From an uncultured Lentisphaeraceae bacterium (GTDB lineage: Bacteria; Verrucomicrobiota; Kiritimatiellia; RFP12; UBA1067): a DNA stretch of 64,000 bases. Position numbers and translations under genes: made by a program. The stretch lies in contig CAYOQJ010000039.1 of NCBI GenBank assembly GCA_964406095.1, positions 103,630-167,629 of the forward strand. The letters run 5' to 3'. The notes under the pieces are model-generated. The model was not told where the DNA came from, did not search any database, and was given only the letters and a program-made list of their open reading frames with translations. Below, piece by piece: positions 9,884-21,070 of this stretch (positions within the stretch are counted from its first letter, which is position 1; every line of letters begins with the position of its first letter).

Positions 9884-10474
9884 ATGCAATTATTAGTGGC
9901 GACGCGCAATCGACATAAATTACAAGAAATTTTGTGCATCTTCAAATATGAGAATCTTGATTTGATTGCGGCCGATGATCTTGAGGGTTTGCCTGCAGAT
10001 GTCGAAGAGGATGCCGATACCTTTGAAGGCAACGCCTTGAAAAAAGCGCGTGTTCTCTGTGATGCCTCGGGATTGTGGACAATGGCGGATGATTCCGGTC
10101 TTGAGGTGGACGCATTGAATGGCGCCCCCGGCGTTTACTCCGCCCGATACGCAGGCGCGGGCTGCGACTACCATGCCAACAATCTGAAACTTCTGCACGA
10201 ACTGACGGGAGTGACAAAACGCACGGCACGCTTTCGCTGTGTGATGGCCTTGTGTGCACCGGACGGACGTGAGTGGATTGTCAGTGGTGTCTGCGAAGGA
10301 TGGATCACAACAGCGGCGCACGGACAAAACGGCTTTGGTTACGATCCGTTGTTTGTGCCCGATGGATATGTTCAAAGCTTCGCTGAGCTGGATGCCGATG
10401 TTAAAAACAAGATATCACACCGTGCGCATGCTTTGCGTCTGGCTGCGAAAGAGTGGAAAAAGCTGTTTATTTAA
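9884..10474 (+). CDS. rdgB: Non-canonical purine NTP pyrophosphatase RdgB/HAM1
   Basis: ATRN.HK, ADDSGL, PGVYSARY, GFGYDPLF, KN.ISHR. Confidence 0.95.
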   Translation: MQLLVATRNRHKLQEILCIFKYENLDLIAADDLEGLPADVEEDADTFEGNALKKARVLCDASGLWTMADDSGLEVDALNGAPGVYSARYAGAGCDYHANNLKLLHELTGVTKRTARFRCVMALCAPDGREWIVSGVCEGWITTAAHGQNGFGYDPLFVPDGYVQSFAELDADVKNKISHRAHALRLAAKEWKKLFI

Positions 10475-10511
10475 ATATCCATTTGAAATGGCAATGTAAA
10501 AATGGTAGATT
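10470..10511 (+). promoter_or_regulatory. Promoter for tetR (probably leaderless) with overlapping palindromic operator candidates
   Basis: TTGAAA (10483-88), 17 bp, TG-n-TAGATT (10506-11); ATG 6 nt later; inverted repeats TTTAAAT-n4-ATTTGAA and CCATTT-G-AAATGG. Confidence 0.5.
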
Positions 10512-10517
10512 TACGCC

Positions 10518-11156
10518 ATGAAAAAGAAGTCGGAATCGACTAAGCAACGCATACTGCTGGCAGCGGCGGAATTATTTGCGGAACATGGCTATCATGGAAC
10601 CACTCATCAGATGATGAGCGACAAGGCTAAGGTCAACATTGCGGCCATCAACTACCATTTCGGCAGCAAGGAGAAACTGTATCTGAGGGTCTGGGATCAC
10701 CTCTGTGCATTCAGTGATCGGGATTTTGATGAATTCATTGATCAGCAGGCTACCGCATCGGAGCGTCTGCGTGGATTTGTTCGCTGGCGGGTGAGTGCCA
10801 GTAAGGATACGGGGCTACGGGGATACCTGGCACAGATCGGGCGTAAAGAGATGAGCAAACCCTCACCGGTGTATGCCGAACTGGAAGAAAAACACATGCG
10901 AGAGAAACGCAGCTGGTTTTTTGCGCTCATACGTGAAATTGTCGGGCACGACCTTGATCCGCCGACGATCGCCATGGTGGCATTCTGCATCTACAGCCCC
11001 CTGATTCATCTGATAGAGGTGATGGGTATCATGCAAACATCACTGGATCAGCGCTATACAGAGAAGTGTCTCGGTATATGGGAGGATACCGAAAAACTCT
11101 CTGAAATCATGTACTCGTTTGCTATGGCCGGCTTGACTGATATTTCAAAGGCATAA
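10518..11156 (+). CDS. TetR/AcrR (CerR-like) transcriptional regulator
   Basis: N-terminal HTH ILLAAAELFAEHGY...VNIAAINYHFGSKEKLY; precedes the RND operon. Confidence 0.9.
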   Translation: MKKKSESTKQRILLAAAELFAEHGYHGTTHQMMSDKAKVNIAAINYHFGSKEKLYLRVWDHLCAFSDRDFDEFIDQQATASERLRGFVRWRVSASKDTGLRGYLAQIGRKEMSKPSPVYAELEEKHMREKRSWFFALIREIVGHDLDPPTIAMVAFCIYSPLIHLIEVMGIMQTSLDQRYTEKCLGIWEDTEKLSEIMYSFAMAGLTDISKA

Positions 11157-11204
11157 TACAGACTCGGAAAAAAAGATTCTTCACGGACGGGGACTATATT
11201 TAAA

Positions 11205-12674
11205 TTGAGGCGCACAGTGCGTAAACTGAAAACTCTACAACTGGTCATTTCGCAAATTATTTGCGTTCCAATTCTGACGGGGTTGATCTTCATGATTGTC
11301 GGATGCGGTGTTTTTGCGCCTGAACCGCGTCATCGGGAACTTGATCCTTCACTGCTTCCGGCAGAGTATGCGCAGTTAGCGAGTGCGACCAATAATTCCG
11401 ACGAAGTGACTTTACCCCGAAGATGGTGGGAGATTTTCAACAGCCGCGAGCTGAATACTCTGATTGAGACCGCTTTCACCAACAATCTTGACCTTGCCAC
11501 GGCATTGGCGCGTCTGCGCCAGTCGCGTGAGCAGATGATCATAGCGGGAGCGTCAGGAAGATTCACAGTGAATGGTTCCGGTTCCGCCGCTGTAAGCAAA
11601 GATGGGCGGACATCACCCTTTGCAGTTGACAACACATGGGAAAATTACGGATTGAGTTTGGATGCGGCTTATATGCTTGATATATGGGGTGCTGTTTCAT
11701 CGGATGTACGCGCTGCCGAATTTATGAGTTGTGCTGGTGCACAGGAGGTTGAGGCGATTGCGTTGCTGATATCAGGTCGGATTGCGCAAGCCTGGATTCA
11801 GTATAAAACCGCAGTTATGGAGGAGCGGCTGATTGCAGAACAGATCACAACCAGCACGCAGGCCCTGGAAATTTTAAAGGTGCGTCAGCGGGCCGCCCTT
11901 TCGGCGGCAGTTGATATTTATCAACAGGAGAGCCAGGTGGCCTCTCTGCGCACGCTGTTGCCGCAGATAGAGGAACAGCGCTCAGACCTGAGGATGGAGA
12001 TTAACAATCTGCTGGGAGCTCCGGCTTCAGCACCCTTGCCGGTTAGCATTGATCAAGGCACCCTGCCAGAACCGGGCGAGCTTACGGTGGTTGGACTGCC
12101 GGTTGATCTACTTGCCAACCGTCCTGATGTACATTCAGCCTGGCTGGATTTGCAGGCGAGGGAGTGGAGTGCCGTTGCACGTCATGCCGACCGCTTTCCT
12201 TCTCTGACCCTGAGTGGAGCTTTGAATTTTGAAGAACCGGAGGTTGGGGATCTTCTCAAAAACTGGCATGTGAATCTGGCCGCCGGGCTGATTGGACCCA
12301 TTGTTGATGGCGGCAGACGTGTTGCGCAGCTCCGTCTGGCGCAGGCGCAGGCCGATGAGAGCTTCGCACGCTATACCGACACTGTGTTGCTGGCATTACG
12401 CGAGGTTGAGCAGGCATTGGCACGCGATAGAACGCGGCGTGCCTACCTTGCGGCAATCGAGAATGAAATCGCGTTGAATGAGAAGACTCTGAGCGAAAGT
12501 ACCAACCGTTACCGCAAAGGATTGATGGAATACTTGAATGTGCTTACGGCACTCTCTGCCAAGCAGCACTCTGAAAGGCGCGCTCTGGCAGCTTTGAGCG
12601 CAATGCTGATAAATCAGGTCAGTTTATATCAGGCTCTGGGAGGCCAGGTGCTGGAAGGTGTTATGCATGAATAA
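11205..12674 (+). CDS. TolC/NodT-family outer-membrane efflux lipoprotein
   Basis: IVGC lipobox, WWEIF, N.DL..A.ARL, LL.NRPDV, LYQALGG; start codon uncertain. Confidence 0.88.
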   Translation: MRRTVRKLKTLQLVISQIICVPILTGLIFMIVGCGVFAPEPRHRELDPSLLPAEYAQLASATNNSDEVTLPRRWWEIFNSRELNTLIETAFTNNLDLATALARLRQSREQMIIAGASGRFTVNGSGSAAVSKDGRTSPFAVDNTWENYGLSLDAAYMLDIWGAVSSDVRAAEFMSCAGAQEVEAIALLISGRIAQAWIQYKTAVMEERLIAEQITTSTQALEILKVRQRAALSAAVDIYQQESQVASLRTLLPQIEEQRSDLRMEINNLLGAPASAPLPVSIDQGTLPEPGELTVVGLPVDLLANRPDVHSAWLDLQAREWSAVARHADRFPSLTLSGALNFEEPEVGDLLKNWHVNLAAGLIGPIVDGGRRVAQLRLAQAQADESFARYTDTVLLALREVEQALARDRTRRAYLAAIENEIALNEKTLSESTNRYRKGLMEYLNVLTALSAKQHSERRALAALSAMLINQVSLYQALGGQVLEGVMHE

Positions 12675-13848
12675 ATTTCGATCAGCGGTTTTATGGATTT
12701 TTCGCATTGCGCTGCCCTGTGCGGTGGTTTACGGTGCGATACTTTTTTACGAGCACCTGATAGCGACTGCACCTCAGCAGAGCCGTGCCGAACCAGGCGA
12801 ACGGGCGGTTTCAGTCGAGACCCGAATTATAAATCGCCGCAATGCGGTGGTGCGTATTCAGACAACCGGTACGGTGGTTCCGGTCGAGGAGGTTGTGCTT
12901 CAGGCTCGTGTTTCGGGTGAAGTCAGGATGCTAAACCCGAATTTTGAACCTGGCGAGATTATTCCCCGGGGTGAGGTGATAGTGCGACTCGACCGTGATG
13001 ATTATCAGCTGGCTGTACGGCAGGCTGAAAGCGAGCTGGTGCAGGCTGAGTATAATTACCAGCTGGAACTGGGTTATCAGAATGTTGCCCGGCATGAGTG
13101 GGAGCTACTCGAAAACCGCGATTCGATATCGGAGCTTGAAAAGGCTTTGACCTTGCGCAAACCGCACCTTGACAAGGTGAAGGCTGGTCTGGAGTCGGCC
13201 CGAACCGCACTCGATCTAGCTAAACTCAATCTCAGTCGTACCGACATCACCCTGCCTTTCGACGCATTGGTGCTCAGTCGTGCGGTTTCAGTTGGCTCGC
13301 AGGTCAGCACCCAGAGTCAAATGGGGGTGCTGGTTGATGCTACGCTTTTCAGGGTTGATGCGACCGTGGCGTTTGATCGGTTGTGTTGGATTGATTTTCC
13401 CACCGACGGAGCTCCGGGGGCACCGGTTGAGTTGTATGCCGCTGGCGAACTAGGGGACAGCGTTAAATGGCACGGGCATGTCAGCAAAATGGTTCCGGAA
13501 ATCGAGAGTCTCGGCAGAATGGCCCGGGTGCTGATTGATGTCGAAAACCCCATGAGCGGTCAAATTCCGTTGTTGCTGAATAGTTTTGTTTCTGTGGTTA
13601 TCGCCGGGCGTGAATTACAGAATGTTTTCGTACTGCCTTCAACTGCCGTTCACAACGGTGATGTGGTTTATGTGGTTGGGGATGACTCTCGCATCATATT
13701 CAGAAAAATTGATCCGATCTGGCGGGATGCTGAAAGGATTTTTACGCGTGAAGGTTTTGAAAATGGCGATGTGATTGTCACGACCGCTGTACCTTCCGCT
13801 GTACCTGGTATGCTGATCAGGGATGTCCGAAGCAGAACTGCGCCCTGA
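12667..13848 (+). CDS. RND efflux periplasmic adaptor subunit
   Basis: N-terminal TM, GTV.P...RVSGEV, coiled hairpin, L.RT.I..PFD. Confidence 0.9.
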   Translation: MNKFRSAVLWIFRIALPCAVVYGAILFYEHLIATAPQQSRAEPGERAVSVETRIINRRNAVVRIQTTGTVVPVEEVVLQARVSGEVRMLNPNFEPGEIIPRGEVIVRLDRDDYQLAVRQAESELVQAEYNYQLELGYQNVARHEWELLENRDSISELEKALTLRKPHLDKVKAGLESARTALDLAKLNLSRTDITLPFDALVLSRAVSVGSQVSTQSQMGVLVDATLFRVDATVAFDRLCWIDFPTDGAPGAPVELYAAGELGDSVKWHGHVSKMVPEIESLGRMARVLIDVENPMSGQIPLLLNSFVSVVIAGRELQNVFVLPSTAVHNGDVVYVVGDDSRIIFRKIDPIWRDAERIFTREGFENGDVIVTTAVPSAVPGMLIRDVRSRTAP

Positions 13849-13892
13849 TGCCGTTTGGAAATGTGCGCATTGCGAAAAGCGTGATAACAACT

Positions 13893-16800
13893 ATGATTGA
13901 TAAAGCTGATAAAACCACTCCCAGGGGGCCGATTGCCTGGATGGCCCGCAACCCGGTGGCTTCCAATCTTCTGATGATTGTTATGCTGGTTGGGGGAGTG
14001 TTGACCTCGACTTCGATCAAGAAAGAGGTTTTTCCCGATTTTGAACTTGATTTCGTGACGGTTGCGGTCGATTATCCCGGCGCCAGTCCGGAGGAGGTCG
14101 AGCGCGGTATTGTGATGGTCGTAGAGGAAAATCTGCGCGGGCTGGAAGATGTGAAAGAGGTTACATCTGTGGCCAGTGAAGGACGCGGCACAGTCACTGC
14201 GGAGCTGATTGAGGGTTGTGAAAGACAGAGAGTATATCAGGATATTCAGCAGGAGGTCGCGCGCATTCGAACCTTTCCGGAAGATGCGGAGCGGCCGATT
14301 GTGGCACTCTCTTCCCGCCAGCGCGATGTGATTGATTTTGTGCTTTTCGGCGAGGTCCCGGAAAATGTTCTGGCGAAGCAGGCGGAGCTTATTAAAGACC
14401 AGTTGCTTGAACATCCCGATATAACCAAGCTGACCATCTCGGGGGTGCGTCCCTATCAGATTACGATCTCCCCTTCTCGCGACATACTGCGTGCTTACGG
14501 TCTGAGACTGAACGACATTGCCGAGCGCGTGCATGCCTTGGCGCTTGAACTTCCAGGTGGTGGTATTAAAACAACCTCCGGAGAAATTCTGCTGCGTATG
14601 GATGAGCGTCGCGACTATGGCAGTCAGTTCGCCGCACTGCCGATCATCACTACCGCTGACGGCTCGGTGGTGCGGTTGCGTGACATGGCGGAAATCAAGG
14701 ATGGTTTTGATGAAGAGAACGAACGTTTTCTGCTCTGGAACGGAGTGCCTGCGGTTAAAATGGATGTGTTCCGGATCGGTGATCAGACGCCGTTGACGGT
14801 TGTCGCCGCAGTGCGTGAGGTGCTTGATGGTATCATCCGCGAATTGCCCGAGGGGTTGCAGATTTGTGAACGACGCAATCGTGCTGACATTTATCGGCAG
14901 CGCTTTCAGCTGCTGACAAAAAACGGTGTTATCGGGCTGGTGTTGGTACTGGCGATTCTCGGGTTGTTTCTTGAACCGCGTTTGGCTTTCTGGGTTATGA
15001 TGGGTATTCCCATCTCATTCCTGGGTGGTCTGCTGTTGTTGCCATTGTTTGGTGTTTCGTTCAATGTGATCTCAATGTTCGCCTTTCTGATCGCGCTGGG
15101 CATCGTGGTGGATGACGCGATTGTGGTTGGTGAAAATATTTTTGAACATCGGCAGATTGGTGATTATGCCATGTTCTCTTCGATTCGCGGCGCACGTGAG
15201 GTCGCCATGCCGGTGACATTCAGCGTGTTGACCAATATTGTCACCTTCATCCCTATGATGTTTCTGCCGGGCATAATCGGCAAAATTTGGTTCGTTATTC
15301 CGGTGGTTGTCAATCTGGTTTTCTTTATTTCGTTGATGGAGTGCATTTTCGTGTTGCCGTCACATCTGGGTCATTTGAAGCAGGGCCGCCGTAAATTTTT
15401 TATCAGTCGTGCTTACCACCGTTTCCAAATGGGATTCAACCGCGTCTTCTTTGCCTTTGTGAATTTTATCTATCAGCCGATCCTCAAACTGACGCTGCAT
15501 CTGCGTTATCTGGTAATTGCTGTGGGCATATTTTTGCTGGTCGCCACGGTTGCATATATCAGAAGCGGGCGGATTGGACTGGTGGCGATGATGAGTGTGG
15601 AGTCGGATTACTCCGCGGCCACGGCAGTTCTGCCTTATGGCTCGCCGGTTGAAAGTACCTTCGCTGTGCGTGATAAAATGGTGGCGGCCGCCCGCAAGGT
15701 TATCGCTGAAAATGGCGGAACCAATTTATCCTTCGGAGTCTATGCCGATGTGGGGCGTTCCTACAACGGAGTTGCGGGGAGTCATGTGGTGATGGTTGAA
15801 GCTTATCTGACTGAGCCGGAAGTCCGACCGATTCCCACAACAAAATTCACCGAGTTGTGGCAGAAAGAGGTAGGGGTTATTCCGGGGGTGGAGACCATGC
15901 TTTTTGAAGCCGATCGCGGCGGACCAGGCAGTGGAGCTTCACTCAGCATCGGTTTATACCATAATGATATCGATCTACTTGAGTCGGCAGCCTCCGAGCT
16001 TGCCGAACGGCTGGCGGAGTTTCCGATCGTCTCCGATATTGATGATGGTTATGCCGACGGCAAACCGCAGTATGATCTTAAAATGCGGCCTGAGGGGTTG
16101 GCCCTTGGTCTGACCGCTGTCGATGTTGCCCGCCAAGTACGCTCCGCCTTCTATGGTGCCGAGGCTTTCCGACAGCAGCGCGGACGTAATGAGATCAAGG
16201 TCATGGTGCGGCTGCCGGAGCATGAACGGCGCTCCGAATATGATCTCGATCAATTGCTCATACGTACCCCATCCGGTACAGACGTTCCTCTGCGCGATGT
16301 CGCCGTACTGAAGCGTGGTCGCGCTTATACTACGATCAACCGTCTGGATGGAAGGCGTCTGCTGACCGTCACCGCCAATGTCAATCCGCGAGGTGAGTCC
16401 GAACGGATTCTTAATCTGGTGCTGCGTGACATCATGCCCGAGCTGCAGAAAAAATATCCCGGCCTGACGCAGGTCTTCCGTGGCAGACAGAAGGATATTC
16501 GCGAGGGTATGTCGGCCTTGACCAAGGGGTTTGTTTTCGCGCTGCTGGTTATTTATGCTCTGCTGGCGATTCCCTTCAGGAGTTACACCCAGCCGATGAT
16601 CATCATGACTTGCATTCCCTTTGGCATTGTAGGGGCGGTATTTGCGCATGTGATGCTTGGTTATCCGCTCAGCATGATAAGCCTGATGGGCATTGTGGCG
16701 CTCTCGGGTGTTGTGGTTAATGATTCGCTGGTTCTGGTTGATTACGCCAACAAAGAGGTGCGAGGCGGCTGTGCCATTCGCCAGTCGATTGTCAATGCCG

Positions 16801-17126
16801 GCGCGCGGCGTTTCCGCCCGATTCTGCTGACAACCCTGACGACCTTTCTCGGCCTGGCACCGATGATATTTGAGACTTCACGCCAAGCGCGTTTCATGGT
16901 ACCGATGGCGATATCACTCGGATTCGGCATACTGTTTGCAACCTTTATCACCCTTTTTCTTGTGCCCTCTCTTTATCTTGTGATCTACGATATTCATCGC
17001 GTTTGGGATCGCCTTTATGCTGGAATGACCTGGCTCTTCTTCACATTGCTGTGTCTCTTCGCTCTGCTTTTCGGCGGCGCTCTTTGGCTGTTTCATTTGG
17101 TTGTTAAATTGATAGCGATCTCTTAA
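13893..17126 (+). CDS. RND efflux permease (AcrB/AcrD/AcrF family)
   Basis: GIVVDDAIVVGENI, VVVNDSLVL, RFRPILLTTLTT; alternative start at 13848. Confidence 0.93.
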   Translation: MIDKADKTTPRGPIAWMARNPVASNLLMIVMLVGGVLTSTSIKKEVFPDFELDFVTVAVDYPGASPEEVERGIVMVVEENLRGLEDVKEVTSVASEGRGTVTAELIEGCERQRVYQDIQQEVARIRTFPEDAERPIVALSSRQRDVIDFVLFGEVPENVLAKQAELIKDQLLEHPDITKLTISGVRPYQITISPSRDILRAYGLRLNDIAERVHALALELPGGGIKTTSGEILLRMDERRDYGSQFAALPIITTADGSVVRLRDMAEIKDGFDEENERFLLWNGVPAVKMDVFRIGDQTPLTVVAAVREVLDGIIRELPEGLQICERRNRADIYRQRFQLLTKNGVIGLVLVLAILGLFLEPRLAFWVMMGIPISFLGGLLLLPLFGVSFNVISMFAFLIALGIVVDDAIVVGENIFEHRQIGDYAMFSSIRGAREVAMPVTFSVLTNIVTFIPMMFLPGIIGKIWFVIPVVVNLVFFISLMECIFVLPSHLGHLKQGRRKFFISRAYHRFQMGFNRVFFAFVNFIYQPILKLTLHLRYLVIAVGIFLLVATVAYIRSGRIGLVAMMSVESDYSAATAVLPYGSPVESTFAVRDKMVAAARKVIAENGGTNLSFGVYADVGRSYNGVAGSHVVMVEAYLTEPEVRPIPTTKFTELWQKEVGVIPGVETMLFEADRGGPGSGASLSIGLYHNDIDLLESAASELAERLAEFPIVSDIDDGYADGKPQYDLKMRPEGLALGLTAVDVARQVRSAFYGAEAFRQQRGRNEIKVMVRLPEHERRSEYDLDQLLIRTPSGTDVPLRDVAVLKRGRAYTTINRLDGRRLLTVTANVNPRGESERILNLVLRDIMPELQKKYPGLTQVFRGRQKDIREGMSALTKGFVFALLVIYALLAIPFRSYTQPMIIMTCIPFGIVGAVFAHVMLGYPLSMISLMGIVALSGVVVNDSLVLVDYANKEVRGGCAIRQSIVNAGARRFRPILLTTLTTFLGLAPMIFETSRQARFMVPMAISLGFGILFATFITLFLVPSLYLVIYDIHRVWDRLYAGMTWLFFTLLCLFALLFGGALWLFHLVVKLIAIS

Positions 17127-17194
17127 AAGCGAAAAATTTTCTTTAGCATTTCCCTCCCTTGCGTATTTTTGCAAAAGTGTTTATGCTGATATCC

Positions 17195-17983
17195 ATGAAA
17201 AGCAAAAGAACGCAAAAGTTGCCGTTGGCTCCGGCACTTGTCAGGGGCTTGGATATCCTTGAAGATCTGCACGCGCAGATAGATGATCAGTCTGTCAGCG
17301 CGGTAGCCGAGCGCCTCACTCTGCCGATTAACAGCACATTGCGACTTTTAATGACACTGGAGCACAAAGGTTATGTGGAGCGCAATCGCGACTCTTTAAA
17401 GTATCGGTTGACCCACAAAGCCGCCAGTCTGGCTTTGAATGGTGTGCGGGAGCAAAGTCTGCTTGAGGCTTCTCTGCCTTTGATGCGCACCCTCAGAGAT
17501 GAGTCGGGTGAAACAGTGCTGCTTTCCATAATTGAACATGACATGGGCATTGTGCTTGAACAAATTCAATCTTTGCACATCTTCCGTTTTGTGTGTAATC
17601 CGGGTGCCTGTCACGCTTTGCATGCAGCCGCGCCGGCTAAGGCAATCCTGGCACACCTGCCTAAAGATGAGCGCGAACGACTCCTTGATGGTTATCTTTT
17701 TAAATCATTTACAGTTAATACTATAACTTGTCGCAGAAAGTTTGATGTTGAATTGAATCGCGGTAGAAAACTGGGCTATTGGGAAGATCACGCTGAGGAG
17801 TTTGATGGCATCTGCTGCGTCGCCGCGCCAATTTTTAACTGCAACGGCTATCCGATCGCAGCCGTAACTGTTACTGGACCTACCAGTCGCATGGGTAGTG
17901 ATGAAATGAAAAAATATGGTGCACTTGTTGCTAAATGCACCATTGATATCTCTAAACGTATGGGATACGGTCTGCTTGATTAA
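17195..17983 (+). CDS. IclR family transcriptional regulator
   Basis: RGLDILE...HTH, L..LRDESGETV, A.AKAILA, GICCVAAPIF. Confidence 0.9.
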   Translation: MKSKRTQKLPLAPALVRGLDILEDLHAQIDDQSVSAVAERLTLPINSTLRLLMTLEHKGYVERNRDSLKYRLTHKAASLALNGVREQSLLEASLPLMRTLRDESGETVLLSIIEHDMGIVLEQIQSLHIFRFVCNPGACHALHAAAPAKAILAHLPKDERERLLDGYLFKSFTVNTITCRRKFDVELNRGRKLGYWEDHAEEFDGICCVAAPIFNCNGYPIAAVTVTGPTSRMGSDEMKKYGALVAKCTIDISKRMGYGLLD

Positions 17984-18165
17984 CAAAATGCGTGCGATCG
18001 GCGCGGAATAATCTCAAACAGCATTTCATTTTTTGTTTTCAACCAGTTGACAAGTATTCAACTTTTTGATAATTTATTGACCATGGTATTGGATTTGCTT
18101 GTCGGCGTTGTGTGGCTGACCGGCGTGTCTATTTCAGTTCTTGCGAAATTTTTAAGGAGAACAGT

Positions 18166-21057
18166 ATGAAACGTGCGATAGTTGTGTTGCTGGCTGTGTG
18201 TGTTTTTACGTTGTTCAGCAGAGCTGCCGATGGTGTCTGGAATCAGGCGGGCGCTGATCCCGCCCCTACCTATCTCTGATCCGATACCGCCAACTGGAGC
18301 GGCGGTGTGGTGGCGGACGGAGAGGATGCGATTGCGGATTTCAGCGAGCTTGATCTGCTGAAACAGATAATCTCGCTGGGCGGGGGTAGTCGGAGTGTCG
18401 GACATCTGGTGATCGATGATATTAATCCTGTTGCTGGTGACAGTTGGGCTCTTGTCAATGGTTATCTTGATCTCAGTGTTTCGTCCGGCGCACCATCTGT
18501 GACGGTCGCAGGCAGTAATGTTGTCGCAACTTTTAACAGCAATCTTGCGCTAAGCGGCGATGCCTTCACTAAGCAGGGCGCGGGAACGCTGAAAATGCTG
18601 ATTTTCCCGACAAACTCAATCGATATCGCCGCCGGTGAACTGCATTATGAGCAGAATGGCAATCGCAATTTCAGCACTCAGGCAATCAGCGGCGCGGGTG
18701 ATCTCCGTTTTACAGGACAGGCGGCCGGCTTTTACGGGTTTAACGATTATAAGTCAGCTCTGAGTTATACGGGCAAAACGATAGTTGAATTGGACAGCGG
18801 ATCCAGCGGATGGTGGTATTACCGCTCTCTGTTTCTTGATCGAGACAATGTGCTGCCGCCTGCTTCGCTGCTGGAGCTGCGCAGCGGCAAAATTTACCTG
18901 CGCAATCAGCAATTAAACGGCATCACAGCCGCGGGGTTGACTGGCAATGCCGGCACGCTGGTTACAACCGATCGCGCACCGATTCAGAAATTAAAACTTA
19001 ATGTCGCCGAAAATACGAGTTATACATATGCCGGAGTCATCGGTGTCGATGGGGCGAATCAGGATAGCAGCGGCAAACAGATCGCATTAATCAAAACCGG
19101 GCCGGGAACCCAGATTTTAAAGGGCGCCAACACCATGCTCGGCACTATCACGGTGGAGAACGGCACACTCTTGGTCAATAACACCACAGGTTCGGGAACA
19201 GGTTATGATGTTGTTATGACTGTTTCCAATGGTGCCGCGCTTGGCGGTTCAGGACATATTCTCAGCAAGGCGGTCACAATGCAGAACGGTAGCACACTGC
19301 TTCCGGGCGGTAGTGGTGCGATTGCACCTCTGACCTTCAGTAATCTGGTTGTGCTCTCGTCAACGACGTATGAATGGGAGTATGATGCAGAGAGTGGTGA
19401 CATTATCGAGGTTTTCGACAAGGTTGATTTGCCGGAATTCAGTACAATCAATCTGAAGTCTCTTGAAGGTGCATCTTTCCCGCAATCAGGGGTGCTGTAC
19501 ACCTACGGTACCACCAACAGCGGTGAAAAATCCTTCGGCGGCTGGATGGTCAGGGGGCGCAAGCTCGGTACCGGAATCACTTTCACCGATGATGTGGAAA
19601 ATAAACAGGTGACCTATGATATCTCGTACGAAGCCGATCAGAACGGCACGTGGAACAAGGGCGGCGCAAACGACCAGAGATTTTATTCATACGCTAATAC
19701 AGCCAACTGGGTCGACGGGTCTGTCGCGGGCGGCGTTGATAAAATCGCGCGTTTTGACGCGGTTGACGCTTTTAGGCAGTCAATTAACCTGGATGAACAC
19801 GCAATTACCCTAGGTCAGATGATCTTCAGCGACTTCGCCCCGAATACAAACGGCTGGTGGGAAATTAATAACGGCACAGTTAATTTGAGTGTCTCGTCCG
19901 GGATGCCGGTGATCGCAGTCAGCAATACCCTGATGGATGTCGGTTTCGCCATGTCAACAACGCTAACCGGTGATTTCATCAAAAAGGGCCCCGGCACACT
20001 GCACCTTAAAAACTTTCCGACATCATCGATTGAAATTGAGGCGGGTAATGTGCTCTATAATTACAATCAGAACAACACCAAGTTTACAACGCAGTCAATC
20101 TCGGGCGAGGGTGGTGTACTCTTCACCGGACAGAGCGGAGGCTATTTCACCTTCCGCCAGAACGAGTTCACCGGTTCGCTCACTTACAGCGGTGACACTG
20201 TTGTGCGGCTGGATCCGCCTGTCACCTTCTGGTATCAGGGATCACTCTGGCTGGAAAAATCCGATGTACTTCCGCATACCACAGTGCTTAAACTGCTCTC
20301 CGGAAAGATTTACACGCGTGCGCAGCATGTCACAGGTCTGACGATTGCCGGACTCTCAGGCAACGCTGGAACCTTTATTACAACCGATAAATCTTACGCT
20401 GAACTGCAAAAGTGGACGATCGATGTGTCCGAGGGAGAGAGTTACACCTATGCCGGTGTTATCGGCAGCGATGGTACGGCATTCGGGCAAAACAACATTC
20501 AATTGATCAAAACCGGGCCGGGAACCCAGACCCTCTCCGGTGCCAATACGTTGGTCGGATCAGTGACTGTCGCCGGCGGTACGCTGCTGGCCGCCAACAC
20601 CAGCGGCTCTGCTACCGGTATTGATAACACCGTCACAATTCATGCCGGCGCGGCACTTGGCGGAAACGGCACAGTTCTAAGTTCAAATGTCGTTTATAAA
20701 TCTGACGCGGAACTGCTGCCCGGCGGCTTCGGCGTAGCGGGGGCACTGACCTTTGGCGGCAACCTGACCCTGGAAAACGGGGTAAAGCTTAAATTTGACT
20801 GCTTCGGGGATGTCAGCGATTCGGTCTCTGTGGACGGCACTCTGACTCTGCCGGAGAGTCTCAGCGGCGAGATAGCTGGTGAGTCTCCGCTGCCCGAGAT
20901 GATCACACTTTTCAGTGCAGGCTCATTTGAGGGCGCCTCAGTTCTGCATGGATGGGAGCTCACAAGTTCAGACGGCGCTAGTTACAATGCGGTTGTCGAA
21001 GGCAGCAGTGTTGTCGCATACTATGTCGCCAAAGGCACCGTTATGATAATAAGATAA
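18166..21057 (+). pseudogene. Autotransporter-associated beta-strand repeat (PATR) surface protein, 963 codons, with one in-frame TGA at 18277-18279 (codon 38)
   Basis: SD AAGGAG plus ATG 18166; signal peptide MKRAIVVLLAVCVFTLFSRA; ...TYL*SDTANWSGG continues in frame into the 916-aa ORF; LIKTGPGTQ.L.GANT repeats; C-terminus KGTVMIIR. Confidence 0.85.
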
Positions 21058-21070
21058 GGTCTGTATTTTT

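Noticed and set aside
18277-18330. Selenocysteine insertion at the PATR TGA codons
   Set aside because: Positions correspond to aromatic residues in non-redox surface proteins; only one of the two has a convincing downstream hairpin; no sel genes in view
18220-21057. Diversity-generating retroelement template/variable repeat pair
   Set aside because: Both copies are in-frame coding and broadly diverged rather than adenine-specific; no reverse transcriptase nearby
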